In this document: positions 1-10,264 of the stretch, one piece after another
How the letters are laid out: the number at the start of each line of letters is the position of its first letter
How positions within the stretch are numbered: position 1 is the stretch's first letter
Assembly: GCA_964653595.1 (NCBI GenBank)
Contig: CAZZHH010000011.1
Span: forward strand, 2,178 to 66,177
Reading direction: 5' to 3'
Source of the DNA: an uncultured Lentimicrobiaceae bacterium
GTDB taxonomy: Bacteria > Bacteroidota > Bacteroidia > Bacteroidales > WCHB1-69
Length of the DNA stretch: 64,000 bases
Position numbers and translations under genes: made by a program
Notes under the pieces: model-generated
Database searches by the model: none
Told to the model about the DNA's origin: nothing
Seen by the model: the letters and a program-made list of their open reading frames with translations, nothing else

Positions 1-221
1 GCCCTAGGTACATCTTCATTTTCAAGTTCGTATTTTAATTTATGAAGAAGATAGATGACAGCCAAAGTTGTCTTCCCCGATTCATCAGGAGCCATAACAA
101 AAACATTGGCACCACTTTTAATTTTTGGCATCGCTTTATTTTGAATTTCATTGGGTGTATCTATGCACAACGAGTTTATCTGTTTGGCTAGTGGAGGATA
201 CAATTTTTTGGGTGTAAACAT
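1..221 (-). CDS. DEAD/DEAH-box helicase family protein, N-terminal part (runs off window start)
   Basis: Manual translation from ATG at 221: MFTPKKLYPPLAKQINSLCIDTPNEIQNKAMPKIKSGANVFVMAPDESGKTTLAVIY...; Q-motif (PNEIQ) and Walker A-like SGKT. Absent from the ORF track because it has no stop in the window. Confidence 0.75.
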   Translation of the reverse strand, partial: MFTPKKLYPPLAKQINSLCIDTPNEIQNKAMPKIKSGANVFVMAPDESGKTTLAVIYLLHKLKYELENEDVPR

Positions 222-280
222 CAGTAATTTTGTTAGTTATCCTAATTGAAAAATTTCAAAGGGGGCATGAAGATACTTTT

Positions 281-1858
281 TTAAATATTTTTCTCCTTTT
301 CCCGAGGGTAGTTTATTGAAAAATGGAGTCCCCTACTCTCTTTCCGATCCATTGCTTGCTTAATTACCAGATATCCTACGTTGATTAAATTTCGGAGTTC
401 ACAAATTTCTGGAGTAAGCACCGATTTAACGTAAAGATCTTCTGTCTCTTGGTATAGTAATTCAAGTCGCTTAAACGCTCTATGAAGTCTTAAATCGGAG
501 CGAACAATACCAACATAATGGCTCATAATCAACTGTAGTTCTTTTTTTGTCTGGGTAATAAGCACCATCTCTTCATTCAGGACAGTACCCTCGGCATTCC
601 AATTTGGGATATCCTTGTTAAAGGTGATATTTTTAACCATTTCACGACCTAAAACGGAAGCACGATGAGAGAAAACCAATGCTTCGAGCAATGAATTTGA
701 TGCCAACCGATTGGCTCCGTGCAAACCGGTAGAGGCACACTCGCCAGAAGAAAAAAGATGATTTATGGAAGTGCGACCATGTTCATCGGTAGCAATACCA
801 CCACAAAAATAATGTGCAGCAGGCACTACTGGAATCATCTCTTTGCGGATATCAATTCCAATACTTAAACATTTTGCAAAAATATTTGGAAAATGATGCA
901 AAAGGGTGTCCTGACTTAAATCTCTGGCATCTAGAAAAACATGATCATCGCCCGATATTTTCATCTCATTATCGATGGCTCGAGCTACCACATCTCGAGG
1001 AGCAAGCGAACCTCGTTTGTCATATTTACCCATAAATTCAATTCCTTTTTTATCCTTTAATATCGCGCCAGCACCTCGAAGTGCTTCTGTGATAAGAAAA
1101 GATGGACGTTCTGCGGGATTGTATAATGCAGTAGGGTGAAACTGAACAAACTCCATACCTTTAACAACGCCTTTTGCTCTATATACCATGGCAATCCCAT
1201 CGCCTGTGGCTACTTCCGGATTAGTAGTGTTATAATAGACATTTCCTGCGCCTCCAGTAGAAACCATCGTTAGCTTAGCCAAAATTGTTTCAACTTGTTT
1301 AGAATGAGGATTGTAAACATAAGCACCATAACAAGTTATATCGTTATTTCTTCTAGTAACCTCTAACCCTAAATGATGTTGTGTAATCAACTCTACCGTG
1401 AAGAAGTTCTCAAAAATGGTAATATTGGGATGATTTAAAGCAGATTGAAAAAGTTTCTGTTGAATCTCTTGTCCAGTATTATCCTTATGGTGCAACACTC
1501 TAAATTCGGAATGTCCACCTTCGCGTGCTAAATCGTATTTTCCACTTACATTTTTGTCAAAATCTACTCCCCATTCTACAAGCTCCTTCACACGATCGGT
1601 AGATTCGAATATGGTTATCCTTACAATTTCAGGATCACTCAAATCATCGCCAGCAATCATGGTGTCTTTGATATGTTTCTCGTACGTATCGGGATGATAC
1701 ATTACTGCGGCAATGCCTCCTTGAGCATAACGAGTAGATGTTTCTCCTGCTTCTGCTTTTGTAACGATACAAACATTACCAAATTCTGCCACTTTTAAGG
1801 CATAGCTAAGGCCGGCAATTCCAGAACCTATTACTAAAAAATCAACCTGATGTTGCAT
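281..1858 (-). CDS. nadB: L-aspartate oxidase
   Basis: FAD-binding IGSGIAG, STRYAQGGIA, QFHPT, LITEALRG, HYFCGG, GLHGANRLASNSLLE. Start moved from 1930 to ATG 1858 (MQHQVDFLVIG) because a TAnnTTTG promoter box lies at 1882-1889. Confidence 0.95.
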   Translation of the reverse strand: MQHQVDFLVIGSGIAGLSYALKVAEFGNVCIVTKAEAGETSTRYAQGGIAAVMYHPDTYEKHIKDTMIAGDDLSDPEIVRITIFESTDRVKELVEWGVDFDKNVSGKYDLAREGGHSEFRVLHHKDNTGQEIQQKLFQSALNHPNITIFENFFTVELITQHHLGLEVTRRNNDITCYGAYVYNPHSKQVETILAKLTMVSTGGAGNVYYNTTNPEVATGDGIAMVYRAKGVVKGMEFVQFHPTALYNPAERPSFLITEALRGAGAILKDKKGIEFMGKYDKRGSLAPRDVVARAIDNEMKISGDDHVFLDARDLSQDTLLHHFPNIFAKCLSIGIDIRKEMIPVVPAAHYFCGGIATDEHGRTSINHLFSSGECASTGLHGANRLASNSLLEALVFSHRASVLGREMVKNITFNKDIPNWNAEGTVLNEEMVLITQTKKELQLIMSHYVGIVRSDLRLHRAFKRLELLYQETEDLYVKSVLTPEICELRNLINVGYLVIKQAMDRKESRGLHFSINYPREKEKNI

Positions 1859-1881
1859 GAAAATTATCTTATAATTAAGGA

Positions 1882-1889
1882 CAAAGGTA
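1882..1889 (-). promoter_or_regulatory. Bacteroidetes primary-sigma -7 element (TACCTTTG) for nadB
   Basis: Matches TAnnTTTG consensus, 24 nt upstream of the ATG. Confidence 0.6.
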
Positions 1890-2069
1890 CATAAAAATTG
1901 CCAAACAAGCACATTTTCAACCTGGAACACATCTAAAATAGAATCACAAAAAAAGATTGTATATAGGAATAATTACTCCATAAAGTGATAGGAGATAATT
2001 TTTTTTAATGCCTTTGATACTAAACCAATAAAGATAATCAAAAGCGATGAGTAGAGAAAAAGAGAAAGA

Positions 2070-2408
2070 TTAGGCGTTTCCTTTCGAAAAGAAAAAAAGA
2101 CCAACAGAAGCAGGGAAAATATAAAGTAATAAATCTTGGTCAAAAACACCTGCAAATCCTCGAATAATATAATAAGCAGATATTGCAAAAACAAGAAGAC
2201 CAGATACAACCGTTAAAGAAGCATTTTTGCGAAAGCCACCGATAAAAAGCAAGGTTCCAAAAAGAAAAAAGAGCAAAATGAGTAAACTATGAATACTATT
2301 TATTTCAAATTTTTTGAAAATATCCCAATAATGAGCAACAACAAACAGCAATACTCCAATACGAAGCAACCATTTAGCAGTAGGTTCTAATGACTTTACA
2401 GGTTTCAT
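2070..2408 (-). CDS. Small 4-TM membrane protein (DoxX-like/hypothetical)
   Basis: 112 aa, four hydrophobic segments, LLRI motif in first helix. Confidence 0.65.
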   Translation of the reverse strand: MKPVKSLEPTAKWLLRIGVLLFVVAHYWDIFKKFEINSIHSLLILLFFLFGTLLFIGGFRKNASLTVVSGLLVFAISAYYIIRGFAGVFDQDLLLYIFPASVGLFFFSKGNA

Positions 2409-2483
2409 CTTTTGTTTATTCGTTAAAAATCAAAGCATCTGCAATAATACTAAAAAACAGGCAAGGATACAAATAAATCAATA

Positions 2484-2514
2484 AAAAAGACCGACAAAAA
2501 ATATCGGTCTTTTT
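2484..2514 (-). terminator. Intrinsic terminator after iorB
   Basis: AAAAAGACCGA...TCGGTCTTTTT inverted repeat with U-tract on the minus strand. Confidence 0.7.
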
Positions 2515-2533
2515 AAAAAAATGATTTTTTTCA

Positions 2534-3115
2534 TTATCTATTTGCTTCGGCAAAACTACGTCCAGCTCTCAAACAAGCGATGTTAACATCAACAACTTCT
2601 TGTCCTTTACGAGAGAACAAAGCAGTAATTGCATTTTCTAAGCTACTATATTCCATGTCTAAAAAAGGGGAAGCAGCGCCTAAAATAACCATATTAGCAG
2701 AACGAGGGGAGCCTAATTCTTTTGCAATTTCATCTGCATCAATCGCAATTTTATTTGGAAGTTTATTAATTTCGGTTAATACATTATCTACTCCTCCATA
2801 ATTTGGAATGTTGATGTAGGGAGTAGTATTTGTAACAACCCAACCATTGGGGCTCAACATAGGTAAATAGCGGAGCGCTTCCATTGGCTCAACGGAAATA
2901 ATCATATCTGCTTTTCCCTTTGGAATTAAATCAGATGCAATTTCTTTGTCGGAGAGTCGTAAATTTGATTGAACATCTCCACCCCTTTGACTCATTCCAT
3001 GTACTTCAGCTTGTTTTAAAAATAATCCAGAATTTACTGCAGCGTATCCAATAGCAGAGGCAATAGAAAGAATTCCTTGTCCTCCAACACCTGCCAATAT
3101 TATATCTATTTTCAT
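2534..3115 (-). CDS. iorB: Indolepyruvate:ferredoxin oxidoreductase beta subunit
   Basis: IILAGVGGQGIL, AEVHGMSQRGGDV, NMVILGA motifs; directly downstream of iorA. Confidence 0.92.
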   Translation of the reverse strand: MKIDIILAGVGGQGILSIASAIGYAAVNSGLFLKQAEVHGMSQRGGDVQSNLRLSDKEIASDLIPKGKADMIISVEPMEALRYLPMLSPNGWVVTNTTPYINIPNYGGVDNVLTEINKLPNKIAIDADEIAKELGSPRSANMVILGAASPFLDMEYSSLENAITALFSRKGQEVVDVNIACLRAGRSFAEANR

Positions 3116-3198
3116 ATTTTTTAATATTTATTGTTTTGTGATTAAATTGAATAATAGAAAGCGCTAGTGTCTTTCCTTATAATCAACATTTTTCTTTT

Positions 3199-4809
3199 TT
3201 AATTGTCTTTAGTTTTAAATTTTGCACGCATTCTTCGATTGAGAGTTTGAATACACTCACGAGTTGGAATAATCACAGAAACACCTTGATACTCGAGCTC
3301 TTTCGCAATGATTGCGGTATTTTCGGCATGTTGTTTAGGTAGAGGTTTAAGGATATGAATATGCTCTTCTTCAACACCTAAGCCAATACAAATATTTTTC
3401 ACTCTTCCATACGCATTCGATGCTTGTCCGCCAGTCATTCCTGCTGTAGAATTATCTAAAATTAGGACAGTAATAGGAGTTTTATCCACAATAGCATCCA
3501 ACAAAGAAGTCATTCCAGAATGGGTAAACGTAGAATCGCCAATAACAGCAACAGCAGGAGTAAATCCAGCATCAGCAGCACCTTTAGCCATAGTGATTGA
3601 AGCACCCATATCCACACAAGAGCTAATCGCATTATAAGGAGCCATCGCTCCTAAAGTATAGCATCCTATATCGGCAAAAACTCTACCTGGAGAATATTTT
3701 GAAAGTGCTTCACCTAGAGCTTTATATGAATCGATATGAGAGCAACCAGTACATAGAGCAGGTGGTCGTTGTTTAACCACATCTGGAATTGGAGCACCAT
3801 GTTTGTCTTCCATTCCGAGGGCAACAGCTACCAAGTTAGGATTTAATTCGCCGGCACGAGGCAATGTACCATCCATGCGGCCCATAATTTTTTTCCCATT
3901 ATCCATCACACCTCTCATCATCTCTTCTATAATAGGATATCCTTCTTCTAAAACCAAAATGGTATCGCAGCTATTGTATACATCGGCAATCATCTTTTTA
4001 GGTAAAGGATATTGAGAAATCTTTACGATTGGAAATGGGCATATTCTATCTGGATAATTTTCCATTAAATAGTTATACGCGATTCCACTAGCGATGATAC
4101 CCATAGACTTATCTTTGCCAACGACAAACTTGTTGTACCCAGAAGTTTCAGCATCCTTTTCGAATAACTCTTGTTTATCGATCAACTGTTGATACTGAAC
4201 ACGAGCTATTGCTGGTAACAGAATAAATTGACGTAAATTTTTGTGAAGTAAAATTTCATTCTCTTTTCTAGTTTCAGCAGTTTTTACTCCTGAACGAGAA
4301 TGGGCCATACGAGTGGTGATACGAAGAAGAACAGGAATATTAAATTTTTCGGAGTAATCAAATGCGTATCTTGTCATATCATACGCTTCTTGTTGATTAG
4401 AAGGCTCAAACGTTGGCATTAATGCAAATTTTCCGAAATAACGTGAGTCTTGTTCATCTTGAGAAGAATGCATCGAAGGATCATCGGCAACAACGATTAC
4501 CAAACCACCGTTTGCGCCAGTAATTGCGCAATTCATAAATGGATCAGCAGCAACATTTAAACCCACGTGTTTCATACACACAAGGGCACGTTTCCCAGCA
4601 TAAGACATTCCAATTGCACCTTCTAAAGATGTTTTCTCATTCGATGCCCAAGTTCGATGAATATTTCTCTCGATGGCAACTTTTGAATGTTGAATATATT
4701 CTGTAATTTCTGTGGATGGAGTTCCTGGATAAGCGTATACCCCCGATATACCTGCATCAATTGCAGCTTGGGCGATAGCTTCATCTCCTAATAATAAAAG
4801 CTTTTGCAT
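3199..4809 (-). CDS. iorA: Indolepyruvate:ferredoxin oxidoreductase alpha subunit
   Basis: GDEAIA, YPGTPSTEI, MKHVGLNVAADP, RPPALCTGCSH, TPP-binding GDSTFTHSG...LDN. Confidence 0.93.
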   Translation of the reverse strand: MQKLLLLGDEAIAQAAIDAGISGVYAYPGTPSTEITEYIQHSKVAIERNIHRTWASNEKTSLEGAIGMSYAGKRALVCMKHVGLNVAADPFMNCAITGANGGLVIVVADDPSMHSSQDEQDSRYFGKFALMPTFEPSNQQEAYDMTRYAFDYSEKFNIPVLLRITTRMAHSRSGVKTAETRKENEILLHKNLRQFILLPAIARVQYQQLIDKQELFEKDAETSGYNKFVVGKDKSMGIIASGIAYNYLMENYPDRICPFPIVKISQYPLPKKMIADVYNSCDTILVLEEGYPIIEEMMRGVMDNGKKIMGRMDGTLPRAGELNPNLVAVALGMEDKHGAPIPDVVKQRPPALCTGCSHIDSYKALGEALSKYSPGRVFADIGCYTLGAMAPYNAISSCVDMGASITMAKGAADAGFTPAVAVIGDSTFTHSGMTSLLDAIVDKTPITVLILDNSTAGMTGGQASNAYGRVKNICIGLGVEEEHIHILKPLPKQHAENTAIIAKELEYQGVSVIIPTRECIQTLNRRMRAKFKTKDN

Positions 4810-4845
4810 TTTTATGTTTATTTTTATTGTTTCTTATTTGATTTA

Positions 4846-4853
4846 CAAAGCTA
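4846..4853 (-). promoter_or_regulatory. -7 element (TAGCTTTG) for iorAB
   Basis: TAnnTTTG match upstream of iorA. Confidence 0.55.
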
Positions 4854-5107
4854 AGCATTTTTTTTATTTTTATAATCCCAAGAATTCATTTTTTAGGGAT
4901 TAAAAATGTTAAATAAAACCCAAATTTACCCGATATATGAGTAATACAATTATAATCAGCACTAAAACACCTAAAAAACGAATAACTGAAATGACATTTT
5001 TAAATTATTCATCACCAGCTTTAGATGTTTGACAAAGAAACTTATCCTTCAAATTCAAATTATGTAGTCCTTTTCAAACATCAATCAAATTATTTTTCAT
5101 CAAACCC

Positions 5108-5137
5108 TTTGTTCACTAATTAATTTTATTAAATTTG
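5108..5137 (+). promoter_or_regulatory. Bacteroidetes promoter, -33 TTTG and -7 TAAATTTG
   Basis: TTTG at 5108-5111, 18-nt spacer, TAAATTTG at 5130-5137, upstream of the aminotransferase. Confidence 0.65.
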
Positions 5138-5174
5138 CCGAGATAAAAAGGAAAATATTAAAAATAAATATATT

Positions 5175-6377
5175 ATGGAATTTTTATCACAAAGAGTTAT
5201 CCAAATGGCAGAGTCTGAGACCCTAGCCATGACTCGCATTGCACGCGAGATGAAAAGTCAAGGCATTGATGTAATAAGTCTGAGCATCGGTGAGCCCGAC
5301 TTCAACACTCCGGAAATTGTTAAAGAATCTGGGAAAAAAGCCATCGACGAGAACTACTCACACTATGCGCCAGTTCCTGGCTATCTTGATTTACGTCAAG
5401 CCATATGTGCGAAATTAAAAAGAGACAACAATTTAGAATACACTCCCGAACAAATTGTAGTTTCTACAGGAGCAAAGCAGTCTATCGCTAATTTGGCACT
5501 ATCGGTAATCAACCCTGGCGACGAAATTATTATTCCAACACCATATTGGGTATCTTACAAAGAAATTGTAAAATTAGCCGAAGGGAAACCAATATACGTT
5601 CGCTGTTCTATTGAAAACGATTTTAAAGTTACCGCACAACAGTTAGAAGAAGCGATTACCCCAAAAACAAAAATGATTATGTTTAGCAGCCCTTCTAACC
5701 CTACAGGGATGTTATATTCACAATCTGAGTTGGAAGCATTAGCTAAAGTAATCGAGAAACATCCTCATGTATTGGTAATGGCAGACGAGATTTATGAGCA
5801 CATCAATTTCGAGGGCAAACATCAAAGTATTGGTCAGTTCAGCTCGATTAAAGACCAAGTAATCACCATCAATGGAGTTGCTAAAGGCTTTGCCATGACT
5901 GGATGGAGAATTGGTTACCTTGCTGCAGCACTTCCTATCGCAAAAGCATGCGACAAAATTCAAGGACAAATCACTTCTGCCACTTGCTCTATTGCACAAA
6001 GAGCTACCATTACTGCTATGGAGATTAACCCAATAGAAGATAATTATATTCAAACCATGAAAAACACATTCATGGAGCGTAGAGATATTATGTATAAGTT
6101 GCTTAAAGAGATTCCAGGGATGAAGGTAAATTTACCTCAAGGTGCTTTTTACTTTTTCCCTGAAATAAAAAGTTACTTTGGAAAATCGCATGGCAAATAT
6201 TCTATTTCAAACAGTAATGACTTATGTATGTACCTTCTCTACGAAGGACACGTAGCTCTTGTTCCTGGAGATGCTTTTGGCGATCCTGATTGCATTCGTC
6301 TATCGTATGCCGCAGCTACAAACACCTTAATAGAAGCTATCGAAAGAATAAAAAAAGCATTGGCATTGCTTAAATAG
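5175..6377 (+). CDS. aspC: PLP-dependent aminotransferase class I/II (aspartate aminotransferase-like)
   Basis: GEPDF, GAKQS, PSNPTG, DEIYE, and PLP-lysine motif NGVAKGFAMTGWRIG. Confidence 0.88.
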   Translation: MEFLSQRVIQMAESETLAMTRIAREMKSQGIDVISLSIGEPDFNTPEIVKESGKKAIDENYSHYAPVPGYLDLRQAICAKLKRDNNLEYTPEQIVVSTGAKQSIANLALSVINPGDEIIIPTPYWVSYKEIVKLAEGKPIYVRCSIENDFKVTAQQLEEAITPKTKMIMFSSPSNPTGMLYSQSELEALAKVIEKHPHVLVMADEIYEHINFEGKHQSIGQFSSIKDQVITINGVAKGFAMTGWRIGYLAAALPIAKACDKIQGQITSATCSIAQRATITAMEINPIEDNYIQTMKNTFMERRDIMYKLLKEIPGMKVNLPQGAFYFFPEIKSYFGKSHGKYSISNSNDLCMYLLYEGHVALVPGDAFGDPDCIRLSYAAATNTLIEAIERIKKALALLK

Positions 6378-6392
6378 TTAACTTATAACCAT

Positions 6393-6429
6393 AAAAAAAC
6401 CGCAACAATAGAATTGTTGCGGTTTTTTT
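6393..6429. terminator. Bidirectional intrinsic terminator
   Basis: Perfect 17-bp stem AAAAAAACCGCAACAAT/ATTGTTGCGGTTTTTTT between convergent genes. Confidence 0.85.
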
Positions 6430-6440
6430 TATTTTACTTA

Positions 6441-9344
6441 TTAATAACCAAAAATATCCTGTTGGCTTAATTTGATCACCTCTCCATATTTTGCAAGTGC
6501 ATTAAAATCGAAATCTTTTTCGTTGCCCAAAATTAAATATGTTTTAGTTTTATCTTTTAGATATTTATTTGAAAATGAAACGACGTCTTTCAATGTCATA
6601 TTAGGAATTTTTTCAAATAATTCTTTTCTATTATCAGAAGTATATCCCATTTTTTGAGCATTCAAATAAGTCCAAATTATACTCATTTTAGCAATACGTT
6701 CGGTTCTAATCTTATTTAAAATTCCCTCTTTGGATAAATTAAAAGACAATTCGCTCTCTGGCATGCTATTATACAACTCGTTGTATGCATCAAAAGCGTC
6801 AATTACTTTATCATTTTGAGTAGCAATAAAAGCATTGTTAATATAAAAATCAGTAGGTTTATCGGGAGTTTGAAAAGTTGCTCTAGCTGTATATGCTAAC
6901 GATCTTTTTTCGCGTAACTCTTGAAAAACAATTGCATTCATACTACCTCCAAAATAACTATTAAACAACGCCACTGATGCTGTAAGATTTACATCAAAAG
7001 GCACACTTTTCATAATTTGTTGAATGTACGACTGTTTAGCGTCATAATGAACAAAATACACTTTGTTTTTATCTGTATTTTGTGGCACAAATTTCGAAAT
7101 CACTTCAGGTTTTCTCATGGTTCTCATGATAGAATGATGAGTATTAATGATTGTTGTAAACTCATTAGCTTTTACTGGACCATAGTACAATACAGAGTGT
7201 TGGAATTTTAACAGATTTTTGATAGCTTGAATTAAAGTCTCTGGTGTAAGAGCTTTCAACTCAACATCCGAAAGAATGTATCTTGCAGGAGAATTTGGTC
7301 CATAAGTAGCATAGCTAACCAATCTATTAAAATTTTGTTGTTGATTTAATTTTGCATTTTTTCTCTCTTTAAATACATCTTCCACCAAATTAGTAAGCGC
7401 TTCTTTATTTGGTTGCATGTCAGAAAGAATTAATTCAGCTAAGTTGATAGCTTTCACCATATTTTCACTCAGCCCCGATAGGGTAATATAGGTTTCATCA
7501 TCGTTAGAAGAAATTCCAAAGCTGCAAGCCAATTTATAAAACTCTTGTTGAATTGCTTCTGCCGACATTTTGGAGGTTCCTAAATAAGGGAGATAAGAGG
7601 CTGCTAACTTCAAATTTTTATCATGTAATGTGCCAATTTTGAAATAATAATAAAGAGTGAAGGTATTATTATCTACGTTTTGATTATATAAAATTTCGAC
7701 ATTACTTTTAGCAGTTAATTTCACCAAATCTTTATTGAAATCTACAAATACAGGTTCTATCTCTTTAATTTTAGAAGCTTTAATTTTTTTAGAGAAATCA
7801 GACTCTGCATTTCTGTTGATCACAATAGGAGTAATTTTTGGCTTAGAAACTTTGTCTACATCTGCAGGTTTACCTTGTCTCTTATTTACAACAACATAAT
7901 TGTTGTGTAAATTTTTATTTGCAAAATCAACAATATCCTTTTTTGTAATTTTTTTAAGTTCATCAAGCCACATCACTTCATCTTTCCACGATATACATTT
8001 TAAAAAGGCAGAGTTAAGAGCCATCCCTTTTCCTTGAATCGTCTCCAGCTGTTTGATTTTTCTTAGTGTAAAGTTTGAGATAGCTGCATCCGTAAGCCAG
8101 TCAGCAAAATCCCCTTTTTTGAGTTTTTCAACTTCGGCCAACAATAAAGTTTTTAAATCTTCCAAGGATTGTCCTTCTTTTGGTTTTGCAGATAGGATGA
8201 GAGAAGAATAGTCATTCAAAATATATGCCGATGATCCAGCATCTAATGCAAGCTGCTTTTGATTGATATCAATATCTATCAAGCCCGCTTTCCCGTTGGA
8301 AAGTATTTCATCTATCAAAGTTATCATCATTGCATCGCGACTAGAAGCTCCGTCAAAACGATACGCAATACGCATATTTTCAGCATCTAAGCCAATTACT
8401 TCCCGAATGATTGGAGCCTGGATTGGGGTCTCCTTTTGAAAAGTAAATGCAGGTACTGAAGATGGTTTTAATTTTCCAAAAGTTTGATCTATGATTGCGA
8501 TTGCTTCATCAGAATTTACATCACCCACGATGGTAACTGCCATATTATTAGGAACGTAGTATTTAGCAAAAAACTCACGAATATTTTTCATGGAAGGATT
8601 TTTTAGATGCTCTTGTTCGCCCAAAGTAGTCTGTTTTCCGTAGGGATGATTTGGGAAAAGTGCTTTAAACATAGCATCGTTGGCTTTTCTTCCATCGTTG
8701 GTGAGAGACATGTTTTTCTCTTCATACACTGTTTCCAATTCTGTATGAAATAATCGCAATACATTATTTCCAAAGCGGTCTGCTTGAATTGTTGCCCAAT
8801 TTTGTAATTGATTGGAAGGAATATTCTCAATATACACTGTGTAGTCGTTGGATGTACCAGCATTTGTACCTTGAGAGCCAATCGCTTTCATGAGCTTATC
8901 ATATTCATTGGGGATCGCTAATTTAGAAGCCTCATACGACAAACTGTCAATCTGTTTATAAATGGCAGCACGCTTTTCTTCATTTTTTTCATTTCTATAG
9001 ATTTCAAACAATGCTTCTATTGCCTCAATCATGGGTTTTTCTTTTTCCCAATTAGTGGTCCCAAAACTGGGTGTTCCTTTAAACATCATGTGTTCAAAAT
9101 AGTGAGCCAGACCGGTAGTCTCAGCTGGGTCATTTTTACTCCCTGCCCTCACCCCTACGTATGTTTGAATCCGAGGAGCCTCTTTGCTTTCAGAAATAAA
9201 AACTTTTAGACCATTAGCTAGAGTGTAAATTCTAGTTTTTAATGGATCATTGGGTACCGTTTCGTAGGTATACTTTTGCTGAGCAAACGATGTTGTAAAA
9301 CCAATCATTACAACGAACAGAAGAAAACGAATCATTTTTTGCAT
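6441..9344 (-). CDS. M16 family (insulinase-like) zinc peptidase, secreted
   Basis: Signal peptide; inverted zinc motif HYFEH (TGLAHYFEHMMFKGT); two-module M16 architecture with ELREKRSLAY in the C-terminal half. Confidence 0.92.
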   Translation of the reverse strand: MQKMIRFLLFVVMIGFTTSFAQQKYTYETVPNDPLKTRIYTLANGLKVFISESKEAPRIQTYVGVRAGSKNDPAETTGLAHYFEHMMFKGTPSFGTTNWEKEKPMIEAIEALFEIYRNEKNEEKRAAIYKQIDSLSYEASKLAIPNEYDKLMKAIGSQGTNAGTSNDYTVYIENIPSNQLQNWATIQADRFGNNVLRLFHTELETVYEEKNMSLTNDGRKANDAMFKALFPNHPYGKQTTLGEQEHLKNPSMKNIREFFAKYYVPNNMAVTIVGDVNSDEAIAIIDQTFGKLKPSSVPAFTFQKETPIQAPIIREVIGLDAENMRIAYRFDGASSRDAMMITLIDEILSNGKAGLIDIDINQKQLALDAGSSAYILNDYSSLILSAKPKEGQSLEDLKTLLLAEVEKLKKGDFADWLTDAAISNFTLRKIKQLETIQGKGMALNSAFLKCISWKDEVMWLDELKKITKKDIVDFANKNLHNNYVVVNKRQGKPADVDKVSKPKITPIVINRNAESDFSKKIKASKIKEIEPVFVDFNKDLVKLTAKSNVEILYNQNVDNNTFTLYYYFKIGTLHDKNLKLAASYLPYLGTSKMSAEAIQQEFYKLACSFGISSNDDETYITLSGLSENMVKAINLAELILSDMQPNKEALTNLVEDVFKERKNAKLNQQQNFNRLVSYATYGPNSPARYILSDVELKALTPETLIQAIKNLLKFQHSVLYYGPVKANEFTTIINTHHSIMRTMRKPEVISKFVPQNTDKNKVYFVHYDAKQSYIQQIMKSVPFDVNLTASVALFNSYFGGSMNAIVFQELREKRSLAYTARATFQTPDKPTDFYINNAFIATQNDKVIDAFDAYNELYNSMPESELSFNLSKEGILNKIRTERIAKMSIIWTYLNAQKMGYTSDNRKELFEKIPNMTLKDVVSFSNKYLKDKTKTYLILGNEKDFDFNALAKYGEVIKLSQQDIFGY

Positions 9345-9644
9345 ACAATTATTTAGTTATTTGATTATTAATTACATTGACAATAGCTCACAAAAATAAG
9401 AGTTTTCTTTAATATACAAAAAGTTATTAGCCAAAATCACACTTTTTCCAACTGTCATAACCTTTAATCTCGATTAACAACCACATTCATACTTTTTTTT
9501 AAGATAATGCGTTAACTAATTTATACCAAACATCCACAATTATGAAACGAGCCATATAAAATCATTACAATCAAGGGAATGTTTATTGGCGTTCTGATAG
9601 CTATCGGAATCCTAACGACCTTATAATAATAAAAAAATAAATGT

Positions 9645-10264
9645 ATGAAAAAGATAATGCTAATGACACTTCTTTTTTTGACTCACATTTGTGAGGGTCA
9701 GGGAATGCCAACCAAAAATTCAGATGCCGGAATCTTTTCACTTGGTGTAAGAAGTGCCATTGGCATTGTAAACGATGGTAAATGGCAAACACCGGCATTT
9801 GGTACCGGGGGCAATTTCGGTTGAAATTTGGAAATAGAGTCAATACCGAATGGTTTGCCGACTTTTTAACGGCTGATTTAGCTGATTTTGGCTACAGAAC
9901 CGACATTCATATCGGATGGAGCGTTATGTACTATTTATTAAACAAACCTAACTCCTTTTTTAAACCCTATGTTTTGGCAGGCCACTGTTTTGAATATCTA
10001 AAATTTTCGGACAACCGCGATGAGCATAATTTTGCAGAACGATGGAGTTCATCTATACAAGGAGGAGTAGGCACACAAATCAACCTTTCTTCGAGCGTAA
10101 ACGTGTCCCTTTCTGCACAATACATGTTGCACTTTGGGACAAAAATTGCCTACATTAAGGAGGGAAACAACTCAATCCAATTTTTGAAATCCAAGAATTC
10201 GGGAATACACGACCATATTTTAATTGCATTAAGTATTAACTATAAAATTGCTGACTTATGGTAA
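9645..10264 (+). pseudogene. Outer-membrane beta-barrel-like protein split by a one-base frameshift (or sequencing error)
   Basis: ATG 9645 gives signal peptide MKKIMLMTLLFLTHICEGQ... to FGTGG, then a stop at 9822-9824. Adding one G to the G5 run at 9807-9811 joins it to ORF 9782-10264 (QFRLKFGNRVNTEWFADF...), which has alternating beta-strand patterns and terminal aromatic residues. Confidence 0.7.
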
